From the IMG/VR virus record IMGVR_UViG_3300025699_000004: a stretch of 64,000 bases of DNA. The stretch is one strand, 5' to 3'. Position 1 is the first letter of the stretch; each line of letters opens with the position of its first letter. The notes under the pieces are model-generated. The model was not told the DNA's origin. It saw only the letters and a list, made by a program, of their open reading frames with translations, and searched no databases. Shown piece by piece: positions 11,601 to 20,900 of the stretch. A program made the position numbers and the translations under genes. This DNA comes from a virus.

Positions 11601-12551
11601 AGTTCTTCTGGGTATTTGAGAAAAGCTTTCGGCGCTCAATACGGTTCCCACATAAGCGGAATTAGGATAACTTAAATTAGATTTAGTGATTTCTGTTACT
11701 GTAGCAAGTCTGGCGGAAAATTTAGATCTAAAATTAGTAGGTTCATCTGTTAAATTCCTTATGTATATTTGTCTAGATCTTTTAGAGGAGTCTGCTCCAA
11801 ATTCAGGATCCCTTAATTTAAATAGAATATCTTCCTTATATGAAGATGTGCATACTCCAGTAAAATGAACATAAGCATGGTATTCTGTAGATACAGGGGG
11901 AATGGGTAGTATTTTTTTTGTAGATCGATGATAGTATCCCGTAATGTCTCCCCATATGTGAACCATTCCATGATTGCCCGTCAACCAACCGTCGTTCTCA
12001 GTAAAACTGCATTGCCCCAGCTCTAAAGTAACTCCAATCCAATCTACATCATGATCAATCACACTATGAGAGGTTCTGAAAACAGAAGTTTCATTACCCG
12101 CCAACATCTTTGAATTCGGCAAATTAACGTTTTTAGTGATTGTTTTAGAAGCATACGAAAAATCTTCCAACCAATAAAAGTTATCAACATCAACAATACC
12201 TGCATTACCTTGACCAGTATAAACCCCAGATTGACTTTCTTCGCCGTGCTTAAAAACTGTATTTATACTCCTGAAATTATACAAATCAGGCTTAGCCAAA
12301 TCTGTGGTTATTTTTACAGGTACATCATTTAAATATACTCCTTTTAAAATATCAGAACCGCTAACTAACCTTCCTGTCGCATCGCAAAAACCCTCCACGG
12401 GACCTTCTGATAAAAGGTCTACAGCCTTGAAGTAAGATGTAGACTCGTAAAGGTTTTTTTCATAAGGGGTAACATTACCATGTCCAGTAACAGCCCTAAA
12501 TCCAACATGAGGATTAAGTCCCGTAGCAGCGGCATTTATATAAACAGGCAT
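5640..12551 (-). CDS. Tail tip / central fibre protein, lambda gpJ-like (2303 aa)
   Basis: DLLSEGPVEG, WTDNPAWILYDLITNDRFGLG, YCDQLV, RYSCN, GCTSKDQALRLGRW motifs; FN3-like repeats (D.TPP...F); follows the I, K and L genes. Confidence 0.92.
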   Translation of the reverse strand: MPVYINAAATGLNPHVGFRAVTGHGNVTPYEKNLYESTSYFKAVDLLSEGPVEGFCDATGRLVSGSDILKGVYLNDVPVKITTDLAKPDLYNFRSINTVFKHGEESQSGVYTGQGNAGIVDVDNFYWLEDFSYASKTITKNVNLPNSKMLAGNETSVFRTSHSVIDHDVDWIGVTLELGQCSFTENDGWLTGNHGMVHIWGDITGYYHRSTKKILPIPPVSTEYHAYVHFTGVCTSSYKEDILFKLRDPEFGADSSKRSRQIYIRNLTDEPTNFRSKFSARLATVTEITKSNLSYPNSAYVGTVLSAESFSQIPRRTFDLKLKKVKVPSNYEDSGDGPNGPVVEDRHVGVWDGRFKDDLEWTDNPAWILYDLITNDRFGLGEYITDSDINKFELYKIAKYCDQLVPTSKLKKFATNTDPDRFRKERRYSCNVLIQNRMEAYKAIQEIASVFQGMVYFDANKIVITQDNITEPCLKFTNANVKQGDFQYSGTSKQTRFTAIKVAYKDKEENYLPKYAYVEDAEGIIRHGIIEKELAAVGCTSKDQALRLGRWVLLTSNKEEETVSFVTDKIAEHLRPGYVFEVSDSIRNGYKGGGRVKKVVNNKNVASDNYILLDDTVDTNDYNFQSISFNIPGEDLEEQSKQFKTFIHRNGHSIGSADNNLRNFPFTNLDSSASLNPSLNNYIENTPSGAKILTHETQDLILSTGITGDYVNNKLGLGLKTFNDYLLDDSVLSNLRDGANRITNTQKIREGDIYILEGTGDAGYLCGAGVTTKQFKVLSVSSNEDGSYGIVGLEYDQDKFKDVEKLNTIYKESDFELEPTDPPPGDGGPDPNPATPEIIKQPVSFGFPEENTVDLVVRATGFVNTEGVNKSKVEFFFHNTQENGKYYSKGQSNSAGYRIRVQEVTDTYYGNLAATPGVLQDGEYCISGVQDCGEYEVLYDGSDKAVVGGQANKMLSVPNYLDGDFKQDYIIERPRVMNETGKGNLSGCSVFGTKSQDVITGNILSGEFELANPDKYYELRWSEYNSFGQGPEKIMFFRAERDRTPPGACSNFRAKIVFDNIHFNWDNPSDTDLNHARIYTGKHDIAPLYTNGKDDFLIKSSSNFAVYPLDQFNKNRGFGPDLNGSFHIRALDHAGNTGEADNSNDISIMQFGGVDLILSGSVRLGNDGTQNSYITAFYSGDFNDHSDFKEYNLKIQNNTNNEIYSRSLPRVDDGGCVTCSGQYDYLAVGGRTYTFRLTSHDIQGNKSAEVSKDLRALNDESPPGQHLWKETNKSSNNIFLSWANPPDNDLDLTILYTGVANDTGVAAGTNIHQISKFQSEVIPLRDFGGDQNKDLYFWLRGVDSSNNTGLFSVGNTDPVTFPGGLLNEVLPHHSGQKLKIQKTTPLRPEHIQLITGIENDTKGDGSSFAYVEYVITGKLNYDHSHYKVDLAKNLGFSPLVGSQLADIEYGINPPTMTGSGVFSNLLANEDYFFRARIKENDGRYSAYTVAKPRPFTTPKDNTNPSNPENFYITSGPKQIFLEWDWPNGADSDLASVVVYKTGIPTGRLNENSTQGKYCWKTQDISGYFDNNKDEYSYILNPGTAFIDSDVETGIFSGYGVGAGDIHDQPRQEVLYHYFLRTVDRSNNTGIGFVSGIASNTHNSYFSDPAKQKTSSFVNQKYGVVPHNLGYVTGGAIDDSYLGNIRASKILTDSITSNTIILANPSGRMVSDNVYAKGLADPKYMYGIGEGLYLDHRMLRIGNPSLGEQGLFWTGEKLGNGDFKQPTWTDIGNGLLGHDIEPNTLEIRGDMTAGSISIGSDPSTQLRIKEDGELSIGNQALRISGYFTGGAGAINQPHIRGNAKPVNVQLNLDDYLPLGKNQFRDKIDAVKAAINRGAFLEINYGNGGQDIRGITTSSTYFTYNDMGTSPVLDYTEGGGQHEKFGYVQLTSPILDYQVDTGWSHVAAGEDRDWWRIVDVRFLVTNEGTLYAQNANIAGTVTANHFEPRQTIILGDEVNPELSVIESFGFRSNENCDVIPSGFQLRGDGTATFWDLKVLSGMISGSSINVGKCDQSNFFRADNEGNISIGPGTVYDDVRNKFHVNNDGDLYAVNAVVSGTISGSAGRIGGLELTENYISTFDVSTSTARNHYTDTDNTGIYIGKDGTFSLANGKGNIIEYAGNNDFVSITGIQSNDFSTALVGGKARGFYLRGSNAGSFVSNFKTDPASASGIASLIDTQLCGEIPFPLANRTYHIISGSKVNYNILSIDQSAGIGTTAFAACVGGFNPSAGNINIGDDLTVTMPNSTNGATKFCFNIGLSRPDV

Positions 12552-12553
12552 TA

Positions 12554-13330
12554 CTATATATTATGATGCTGAACCGCTTCTGTTTTCAATTTCACTTTCC
12601 CCCCAGGGGCAGATGGAGAGTCTGACTCTATAGAATCAATCACCATATAAGGAAACTTGACTAATCTAGAGTTGAAAACAGACGAAGAAATCATACTGCT
12701 GCCTACCCTCAATCTACCATAACCCACTGGAACAGATACTCCTTGTTTAACATTATTTCCTGGTTGAGAAAAAATAAAAGAAGAGCTTGATGGGTTTGAT
12801 GATTGTTCGTCCGCAACCTCAGGGTGTTCTGGCTCGTCAGTCAATGCCTCAATTGCTCCCTGCAACATCATTGCTATACCGATCTCTTGAGCGAACTCCC
12901 CAACCCCAATCATTAAATCCCCTAATGAAAAATCATCAACGAACGGAATCCAATCCAGAGATATGTCTTGGAAAAAATCTAATCCACCAGCCCACTCCAG
13001 GCCCATCCCCCCTGCAGTAGTATAAGTTCCATACCTGCCCATATCTGTGTCCCAAAAATCCCCCAAAAACCCTGCTCCTTTTAAGGCTGGTACCACATGA
13101 ATTTCATCGACGTTACTCAGGCTCAAACTAACCTGCTCCCTAGAGAGAGGAGCTTTGTCAATAAATATATTGTAAACAACTCCTTGCTGCTCTTTCTTAA
13201 TAACTTCATTTAAAAAATTTTCAGAATTAGCATCTATAGCGCTAAAAATCTCACTGGGGCTATTTATTTCAAACTCCCAATCTTTTCCAAATTTATCTCC
13301 CAAGAAACCGTGTAAAAATACCTTTTTCAT
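12554..13330 (-). CDS. Tail assembly protein, lambda gpI-like (258 aa)
   Basis: KVFLHGFLGDKFG start, IHVVPALKGAG, QGVSVPVGYGRLRVGS..IS. Confidence 0.9.
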   Translation of the reverse strand: MKKVFLHGFLGDKFGKDWEFEINSPSEIFSAIDANSENFLNEVIKKEQQGVVYNIFIDKAPLSREQVSLSLSNVDEIHVVPALKGAGFLGDFWDTDMGRYGTYTTAGGMGLEWAGGLDFFQDISLDWIPFVDDFSLGDLMIGVGEFAQEIGIAMMLQGAIEALTDEPEHPEVADEQSSNPSSSSFIFSQPGNNVKQGVSVPVGYGRLRVGSSMISSSVFNSRLVKFPYMVIDSIESDSPSAPGGKVKLKTEAVQHHNI

Positions 13331-13346
13331 CCTTTATCCTATAATA

Positions 13347-13730
13347 TTATACACCATATTCTTTCCTGATTCTTTTTAAAAAATTACAAAGAGATTTTGT
13401 CGCTTTTTTGAGATTTAAACTTTTCGGTATATATAAATTACTCTTTTTAGTTTTAAAGCTATAAACAAAATAGGGCACCATTAATTCTTCAGAATGAATA
13501 ACATCCTTACTAGAGAAGCTTTCGTCAAATTCTATATGAGAATGATATAAACCAAAAATTTGAAATTCTTTCTTCAAATCTAAGTAATCCTTTATAGATA
13601 TTTCGAAGTTCTCAAAACGTCTACTTGCTATATTTTCACACTTTTTTAACTTTACTTTTTTATCAAAATAAATTATACCACATTCTTCATTTTTAAAATC
13701 TGAAAATTGTTTTTTTATAGCCTCTTTCAT
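13347..13730 (-). CDS. JAB/MPN (JAMM) domain tail assembly protein, gpK N-domain-like (127 aa)
   Basis: EECG plus intact H-S-H-x7-S-x2-D (YHSHIEFDESFSSKD); lies between L and I. Confidence 0.88.
   Translation of the reverse strand: MKEAIKKQFSDFKNEECGIIYFDKKVKLKKCENIASRRFENFEISIKDYLDLKKEFQIFGLYHSHIEFDESFSSKDVIHSEELMVPYFVYSFKTKKSNLYIPKSLNLKKATKSLCNFLKRIRKEYGV
13349..13354 (-). promoter_or_regulatory. GTGTA motif
   Basis: GTGTAT upstream of the I-like gene, but overlapping the last codons of the JAB gene. Confidence 0.35.
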
Positions 13731-14638
13731 TAAAAAATTCTGCTTCCTGGGAACCCTCCAAACGGCAAATGCTCCCCATCATCCCCCTTAAACCTAAACT
13801 TGCATCCCTTTAATTTTTTGGAGCATTCGTCTGCAGCCCAAAACTCAGTACTCACGGTGGGTCTGTTTTCTGAATCGGAATTGTTATCTGACACACAAAT
13901 ATAAAAAACCTTCCTTAATTTACTCCCTTCGGTAACCTCGACATAAACAAAATCTCCTTTTGCATAAGCTATAGATTCTTGCCATTGCCCCCTGTCATTT
14001 AAAACCGATGTAAACAAAGCGTCGTTAGCATCAGCTACAGGAGGCCCAGAGTAACCGCAGCTCTCTCCTCTATACTTCCAGAAGCAATAATTGTTTATAA
14101 CCTGCCTCCTAGGTACTTTTAAATTTTCTAGGTCTAAAGGTGAAATCAACTCATACTCAACAAATATTTTATTTTCAGATGACTTTCTATTAATTATCCA
14201 GTTTTGATCTTCAAGCTTTGAAGTCGGGTCAGGATTGATCCCAAGAGAGTTCCAATAATCTATATCCTTATCATAATTTATAAAATTATCTTTATCCAAA
14301 AACCTTAAAAAAGTTCTTTCTCTTCTTACTTTCGCTCCCAATAAGTCTTCCTTATCTTTTATATAACCAGAGAAGAAACCTTTTAAGTTAATTAATTTCA
14401 AGGAGGGTCTAGCTAAAGATCCACTCGTTTTTAAATCAAACCCTTCAGCTTCAAAAGGTAAATACTTATAAACATTCCCGCTAAATATAATGTTTTTATT
14501 AACTTCACTAACACCTCCGTGAAATCTAATGATATCAGTAGTATTAGGTATATCGTATATAGTGTAAAAATCTATTAAAAGATTCGGGTCATTTCCGAAA
14601 AGTTCTCTATTTATATTCTCTGTTTTTCGACTTGTCAT
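13730..14638 (-). CDS. Minor tail protein, lambda gpL-like (302 aa)
   Basis: G..Y..LPFEAEGF, RPSLKL.N, Cys motif CFWKYRGESCGY...DECSKKLKGCKFRF, ends PFGGFPG. Confidence 0.93.
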   Translation of the reverse strand: MTSRKTENINRELFGNDPNLLIDFYTIYDIPNTTDIIRFHGGVSEVNKNIIFSGNVYKYLPFEAEGFDLKTSGSLARPSLKLINLKGFFSGYIKDKEDLLGAKVRRERTFLRFLDKDNFINYDKDIDYWNSLGINPDPTSKLEDQNWIINRKSSENKIFVEYELISPLDLENLKVPRRQVINNYCFWKYRGESCGYSGPPVADANDALFTSVLNDRGQWQESIAYAKGDFVYVEVTEGSKLRKVFYICVSDNNSDSENRPTVSTEFWAADECSKKLKGCKFRFKGDDGEHLPFGGFPGSRIF

Positions 14639-14660
14639 TCAATTATATTTTAAATTTTTT

Positions 14661-16382
14661 TTAAAAAACTTCCAATATCTTAACTCTTACTGTATGGTTG
14701 TTTTTGAAAACATAGTTGTGATTAACTCCTCTACATAAAAATGTACCTTCCTTCACATAAGGCTCTTTTATTTTAAAATTAAATTTTTTAACACCCATTC
14801 TATAAACATAAAAATTGAGAACCTCTAATAATTCCTCGTTATTTAAATTATTATACGTTAAGTCATAGGAATTGGCCAAGGAATTTATTCCATCACTTTC
14901 AGTAAAATTTCTAGAATTTCTCGATGCGAATCTTTGGGATTTCAAATTGGTTGTTATAGGTAATGAATGGGACGGTTTTATTCCTAAGGAGTCCGCTGAT
15001 CTTGCTCCAGATATAATCTGTCTTTGCGATTCTGGCATGCAAGGCATTTCCAATATATTTTTCATAGAAAAAATAGACAAGTTTTCATTAACTAAAAACA
15101 TGCTTACATCATTATTATCTTTGAATTTTTTATCAACATTCAAACTTTCACATCTAAAATCTTGTACGAAATATGGAGGAACAGAATATAATGATTTATA
15201 AGCCTCTTGATTAGTCAGACCTATTCTATCTTTAACTTGATAAGGAAACTTCCCGTGACTACCAGCATTTTCAATGTATGTCGATATACCACTGGCTTGC
15301 TCGTCTGATTTATCTGTAAAATTTAAATTCATAGAGAATCTAATATTATTTAAGTGTACAGGATCAAAAGATGAATAACTTTCGCCGTATTCAATAATGT
15401 CATTATCAAAAGATATATCTACAGATGAACCATAAGACGGAATATAATTAAATGGGCTCTCATATGTGAAGTTTTTTAAAGTTGAATCGGTTCTTATACC
15501 ACTTGAGAATTGTTCGAAATTATTGTAAAACCCCCCTGCCGAATTAACGCTTTCATCAAAGTAAGATTTTTTTAAATCCCAAAATTTTCCGCTTTGAAAA
15601 GACTCGTCGCATATATCTCTAGGGCTAATCGTAGCAGGTTTAGCCTCAACTTCCAGGAGTGTAAATCTCCAATTATTCCTCGACGCACCCCAAAAGGAAG
15701 CGGTCTCAGTAAGGATATAACTACTTCCATCGCTCTCCCAACCAGAAGTTATGGTTTTAATTACTGATGTTCCAAGCGCTAAATTCTCAATCTTTATTTT
15801 TTTGATTCTAAAATTAGTCGCATTAGTAGATAGCATCCTGAAGTGTAAGCTTTTCATTCTTGCTGGCTCAACTTTCACATACTTATGAACATTTTCAGAT
15901 AATGATTGGTTAAACAATGGCGACACACCAATATTGTCATCAGGAATAACCTGCATGGTTACTAATGCAAATCTGCTGGTAGAAAAAACTCCACCATAAG
16001 AAGGGTCCACGTCGAATGTTACTATATCAGCATCGCTAATACTCCTAGCTTCAATATTCCAGACTGAGTCTGGCTCAGATCCAAATGTATGCCTAGCACT
16101 CCATCCAAGGTAATTCGTCATTGTTCCATTTAAAAGAGGTCCCCAACCAGCATCTGTCGTGTTAGTTATTAATAATGAGTCTATGTGTTGTCCATTTGGA
16201 TGAGTTAATCTAGAATATGCCCAGTTAGCTCCAACAGTTGTGGATGTTTGCCCGATTGATAATTCTTGAATAACATTCCAAGACGAATCAAGAAGCTTAA
16301 GTCTAAGTAAAGAGCTGTCGTTTATAACTCCGCCAGGAGTCCCTGCTCCGACATTGTTTATAAAATTTACAGTATGTGCCAT
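14661..16382 (-). CDS. Distal tail protein with C-terminal gpM-like domains and an extra N-terminal domain (573 aa)
   Basis: Two gpM-like segments (YGESYS..D..HLNNIRFSMNLNF; DGINSLANSYDLTY...GVKKFNF); lies directly upstream of L. Confidence 0.6.
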   Translation of the reverse strand: MAHTVNFINNVGAGTPGGVINDSSLLRLKLLDSSWNVIQELSIGQTSTTVGANWAYSRLTHPNGQHIDSLLITNTTDAGWGPLLNGTMTNYLGWSARHTFGSEPDSVWNIEARSISDADIVTFDVDPSYGGVFSTSRFALVTMQVIPDDNIGVSPLFNQSLSENVHKYVKVEPARMKSLHFRMLSTNATNFRIKKIKIENLALGTSVIKTITSGWESDGSSYILTETASFWGASRNNWRFTLLEVEAKPATISPRDICDESFQSGKFWDLKKSYFDESVNSAGGFYNNFEQFSSGIRTDSTLKNFTYESPFNYIPSYGSSVDISFDNDIIEYGESYSSFDPVHLNNIRFSMNLNFTDKSDEQASGISTYIENAGSHGKFPYQVKDRIGLTNQEAYKSLYSVPPYFVQDFRCESLNVDKKFKDNNDVSMFLVNENLSIFSMKNILEMPCMPESQRQIISGARSADSLGIKPSHSLPITTNLKSQRFASRNSRNFTESDGINSLANSYDLTYNNLNNEELLEVLNFYVYRMGVKKFNFKIKEPYVKEGTFLCRGVNHNYVFKNNHTVRVKILEVF

Positions 16383-17149
16383 TATCTAACCCTCTCTGTT
16401 ATGCTAATTGATCCACCTAAGACATCTCCCTTTGATACCGAAAGGTTCTGGGAATATATCACCCCCTCACACTCTATTACCTCGCCCCTTCTGGAGTTAT
16501 TCATTGATTTGGGGGTTAATGAAACCTTAGCTATATTCTTTCCTGAAAAATCAATAAAAGATCCTATGTTTTCGCCGTCTATAGAAAGGCTTTTTGTGAC
16601 CGTTCCATACCTAACACCGCAAGCGAATTCACTTCCTATTTCATAACTCGGCACTCTTTCACAATCAACGGAATAATTTATTGAAACAGGGTAATCAATA
16701 CCGACATTAATTGAATCTATATTATTAATATCAGTATAAGCCCCGTTGGCGAAGTCTAATGCATTTCCAGAAAAAGAATCTGGAGTTATAGAGCTTTCAT
16801 CGTAACCGCTAAATATAGAGAAATTCGCCGAAAAGACAACTGGCACATAAGGCTCAATATCTACAGAATATTTATTTAGATATGCTCCAGAAAACTTAAT
16901 TCCACCAAAAGATCCGCTGCATGAATGGTCTCCAGTGAGTGATGATATATGATCTTCTAGACCAGTCACATAATAACTAACATTCAACGATGCACTCAAT
17001 GCTGCATTAGCCCTATAATCCACAGAGTTAACCTCTATTGGTTTACTAGGAGCCAAGGAGGCATCAGCGTTTAAATCCGCAGATAAACCGAGCATTTTCT
17101 TGCCATTGATCTCGACCAAGCATTCGTTATATTTTATATACTTACTCAT
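16382..17149 (-). CDS. Tail tube-like / baseplate-proximal structural protein (255 aa)
   Basis: Position between TMP and tip genes; internally duplicated beta pattern (SVNYSVDCERVPSYEIG) resembling the tube protein. Confidence 0.5.
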   Translation of the reverse strand: MSKYIKYNECLVEINGKKMLGLSADLNADASLAPSKPIEVNSVDYRANAALSASLNVSYYVTGLEDHISSLTGDHSCSGSFGGIKFSGAYLNKYSVDIEPYVPVVFSANFSIFSGYDESSITPDSFSGNALDFANGAYTDINNIDSINVGIDYPVSINYSVDCERVPSYEIGSEFACGVRYGTVTKSLSIDGENIGSFIDFSGKNIAKVSLTPKSMNNSRRGEVIECEGVIYSQNLSVSKGDVLGGSISITERVR

Positions 17150-17970
17150 ATATATCTTATACTCGGTGGGTTATGGGTAGACAAAGAATAACTGAGAGAT
17201 ACAGTTACTGAATTTTCCGTAGATGCAGATAAAACTTCAGAAGTTAATTTAGCTCCGCTTAGATTATATATAATTTTTTTATTAATGTCACACTTATCTG
17301 ATAAAGAAATTTCTATATTTTTCTCATGTATTCCTGTTTTTATATAACCATAAAGATCTCTAGATTCATAATCATCAACTTCTATATTAACTGCGAAGTT
17401 ACATCTATAAGGAGTCATTCTTAAAACTTCACATGGATAAAAACTCCCTATTTTAAATGCTGGTTTATTTTCTAATGAAATAGAGTAAGAAAAGCTTGTA
17501 ACTCTATTAGTTTGCCTTCCATCGCAATTTATCATTATACCACTAGACGCAGGGACAAATGGCCCCTGTTGCTCTCGTGTGTTGCTAAAAACCACATTAG
17601 GCCCCATATCGCCATACACATCAAAAGATATTGAAGAAGACGGTATCTCATCAACTTGAAATGAAGCAGAATAAGAAGATAGAAATCCACTATTAAAAGC
17701 TAATTTCCTATTATTATATAAAACTGCTCCTCCAAATCCTGAGCCAGTAACTAAGTCAGTTATCTCTTCGTCAGATGTCAACATCTGTTTCTCGAAAGAA
17801 AAATTAGCCCTACCAGGAGCATTTTGTATTAAATTTGGATCTCCCTCGTATCCTAAAAATAAATTCTCTTGAGTTGGTATCGAATAATTACCCCTTACAG
17901 AAGATACCCCAGATAATTTTGTGCCATCAATCACGAAGCCCTGATCTTCAGTATAAACCAAGCCTTTCAT
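17146..17970 (-). CDS. Tail tube-like structural protein (274 aa)
   Basis: LSGVSSVRGNYSI, SGFLSSYSASFQVDEIPSSSISF resembles GFLSDYSLDASVGSIPSVSSTV of the tube gene at 29836-31398. Confidence 0.55.
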   Translation of the reverse strand: MKGLVYTEDQGFVIDGTKLSGVSSVRGNYSIPTQENLFLGYEGDPNLIQNAPGRANFSFEKQMLTSDEEITDLVTGSGFGGAVLYNNRKLAFNSGFLSSYSASFQVDEIPSSSISFDVYGDMGPNVVFSNTREQQGPFVPASSGIMINCDGRQTNRVTSFSYSISLENKPAFKIGSFYPCEVLRMTPYRCNFAVNIEVDDYESRDLYGYIKTGIHEKNIEISLSDKCDINKKIIYNLSGAKLTSEVLSASTENSVTVSLSYSLSTHNPPSIRYI

Positions 17971-17971
17971 T

Positions 17972-20900
17972 TTACCTCAAGGAACCGCCTACTCTTTTTT
18001 CTTGTTGTATTACTTGCAATACCGCAGCTTTTACTTTTTCTGCAAATTTCTTTGGGTTTTCTGGAGAACTTCCGCCTGAAGAGGTTTTTGCTGACCCAGA
18101 AGAATCTACATTAACATTGATATTAACTTCGTTGTTATTATTAACACCTTGAGCGCTTGATCCTGACGAACCAGTATTTAAAGTTCCATTGTTTATTTTA
18201 GACATCGTGGAGCTTCCGTACTTGTTAACGGCAGAAGGATTCATTACGTATTCTCCTCCCTGAAGCATCGCTGGAACTTTCCCCCCAGAAGAGTTATATA
18301 TAACTCTACCGCTCTTACTTATGCTTGTTTTAATCCCTGACTCTTGAGCCGCAATTGCTGCCTGAGTCGGATTTTGTTTAGCCATTCTGTTTATAAACGA
18401 CTTGGCCGAATATACATCATCTGGATTTTGGTAGACCTTACCAATAGAGTTTCCCTTTGTGTTGACAAACCCTTTTTTATCCATTTGTGATGTGACCCCT
18501 TTTCTTGCCCTGGATTTTGAAAAATCTGTATTCTTATACCAATCCATTCCCTTTGATAAAGCAACACCTCCCGCTATACCTAACAATGCACCCTGCCAAG
18601 CTTTTCTTTTTTGAGTGCGAGCCCTTTGGTAATTCTCATCTCTGCTTTTCCTTTGCTTAACGGTCTGAAGGTCTTGCCTGAATTGATTTTCCTGCTCGTC
18701 AAAATACTCTTGAATAGTTCTGTCGTTAGCTCTTGCGTAACCACTGAGCCTAGAGTCCATTCCTGTATCCGCGCTTTTAGTCTTGTAAGTAGTTATATCT
18801 CCGTATTTACTTTCATCTACCACGGCTTCTCTAACAGCTGCTCTTGGAGAACTCATTGATAATGATACGGGCCCTCCTTTGGCATATCCAGATATTTCTC
18901 CATTATTTAATTTATTTAAAAAATCAGATCCGTATCTTTGAACAGCGCTTTTCTTGATAACATATTCTCCGCCCATCAGCATTGCTGGAACATCATCTCG
19001 AACACCACTACCTCCTGAGACATAACCGCCTTCAGCTTTCCCTAAACCAAACAAACCTTGCATTCCTCCCACCAACCTACTAGAAGCACTTTGCAAAAAT
19101 GCTTGTTGTACCATTTGCAACAAAGATATTCCAATTTCTTTTATTTTTCCACTTAAATCGTCCGCTTTATTTAAAGCTAAAGTCATGGCGCTAGTAAGCC
19201 CATCCCTAAATGCAAAAGGAAGATCCTGCCCAAGCTTTACATAAATAGATTCTGCCTGAGAATCCAAAGCGGCAAATCCTTGACCAAGGCCTAGATTCAT
19301 GTTTGTTCTAAACTCATTTCCAAATCCCCCATCCCTAGGAGTGACTCTTTCCATTTGCCCTGTCAATTCAACAATCTGTTCCTCCAAGCTAACCATTGCT
19401 TCTGCAGCTTTCCTCCTTTCTTCTGAACCTATAGCAGAATCACTAAAATTTTTCGTTTCGCTTACGAAATCTTTGTTCATTTGTATAAGAGAAGATCTTT
19501 GTTTTACAGTTCCTATGCTTTGCCTTCCTGCGGCAAGCCTTGCATTTTGCACCTCCAGCCTACTTGCTCCTGGATCATTTTGCAAAACCTTAAAAGCTTT
19601 TTCCGCTTCGGCTTGCTTGGCTATCCTGTCAATGCTTGATATTCTTCCCGCCGAAACATTATCCATGTCTCTTAGGTCGTTCAATCTATTAATTGATCCT
19701 CTTGATCCAGACATCACCCTGAAATCAGCCACTTTATTTTTTAAATTTGTGTTTTTTAGTGTGAGATTGTTTGCCTTCTTAAATGCGTCTTCCGCTATAA
19801 TCAAAGCTTCAATACCTTCTATAGCAGTATCTATTTGAAGTTCCAACTGTTCCCCAGAATCTCCACCTTTAGCAGACATTGTCTTTAGCTCTTTTAATTT
19901 ATTCTTTGAATTTTCAAGCCCCATTGAATCAAGTGAAATTGCCTCGACTTTTCCTGCAAAAGCATCGGTACTCTTAAAATTAATTCCGCCATTGGGGTTC
20001 ATCATCTCCCTGGTTACTTTATCAACTTCCGCTTGAACATCTTTAAGAGTTATAACCTTTTGATTTGCTGGATCGGTTGACACTCGTTCAACTTGTTTTT
20101 GAGCGTCTCTAAGTTTTTTCTTATTTCTTAATACTTCTTCTCGTGCTGACGTATCAATCACTCTACTTGCATTTAATTTTGCTTGAGTATTTTTTAGATC
20201 TTTTTCAGCTTTATCCATTTCTGTCTTGAGGTCTGTTACTCTTCTTGGCCCGATTGCCTGACCCTTACCCGCTTCGTATCTTTCCTCTGCTTTTGCAAAC
20301 GCTTGCTTGTCTACATTTAACATATCTCCCAAAAATTGTTTCCTGCTTCCAGTATCGTTAGCTTTTTTTTGGGATGAATTCAATTCTTTTTGAATATTAG
20401 TTCTTTTTGAGATGGCTTCCTTTTTCTTAAGTAATCCAGTTTCATTTAATCCTAAATTTATTTTCTTATCCAGATTGGGGGGATTTTTTCCAGTCAGAGG
20501 CTCTAGTAAATCTTTAACAGCACTTCCTAAATTATTTAAAGCAAAAATCACTTTTTGGTCACTTAATAACCTTCTTATTTCCATCTTTGCTCTGGCCGCT
20601 AATTCTTTACCCTGGATCGATTCTTGCTCTTTAAATATTTTTTCTTGAATATCAGTTTGTCTTCTATTCTCTTGCCTAGTTGAGCCAGATCTAAATATAC
20701 CATCTTTTTCAAAATTTAAATTTGCTTGAGTTAACTTCGATTTAGCTTGAGCCCTAGCTATCGTATTATCTTCTTTCGATGCATTAAAAGACATCCTCAT
20801 TGATTGAGTCGTCATTAATTCATTAATTCTTGCTGAAATAATATTTTGAGATTCTTGCAATATAAGAGCTTCTTGTTGAACTTTTATTTTTTCTAGTTCT

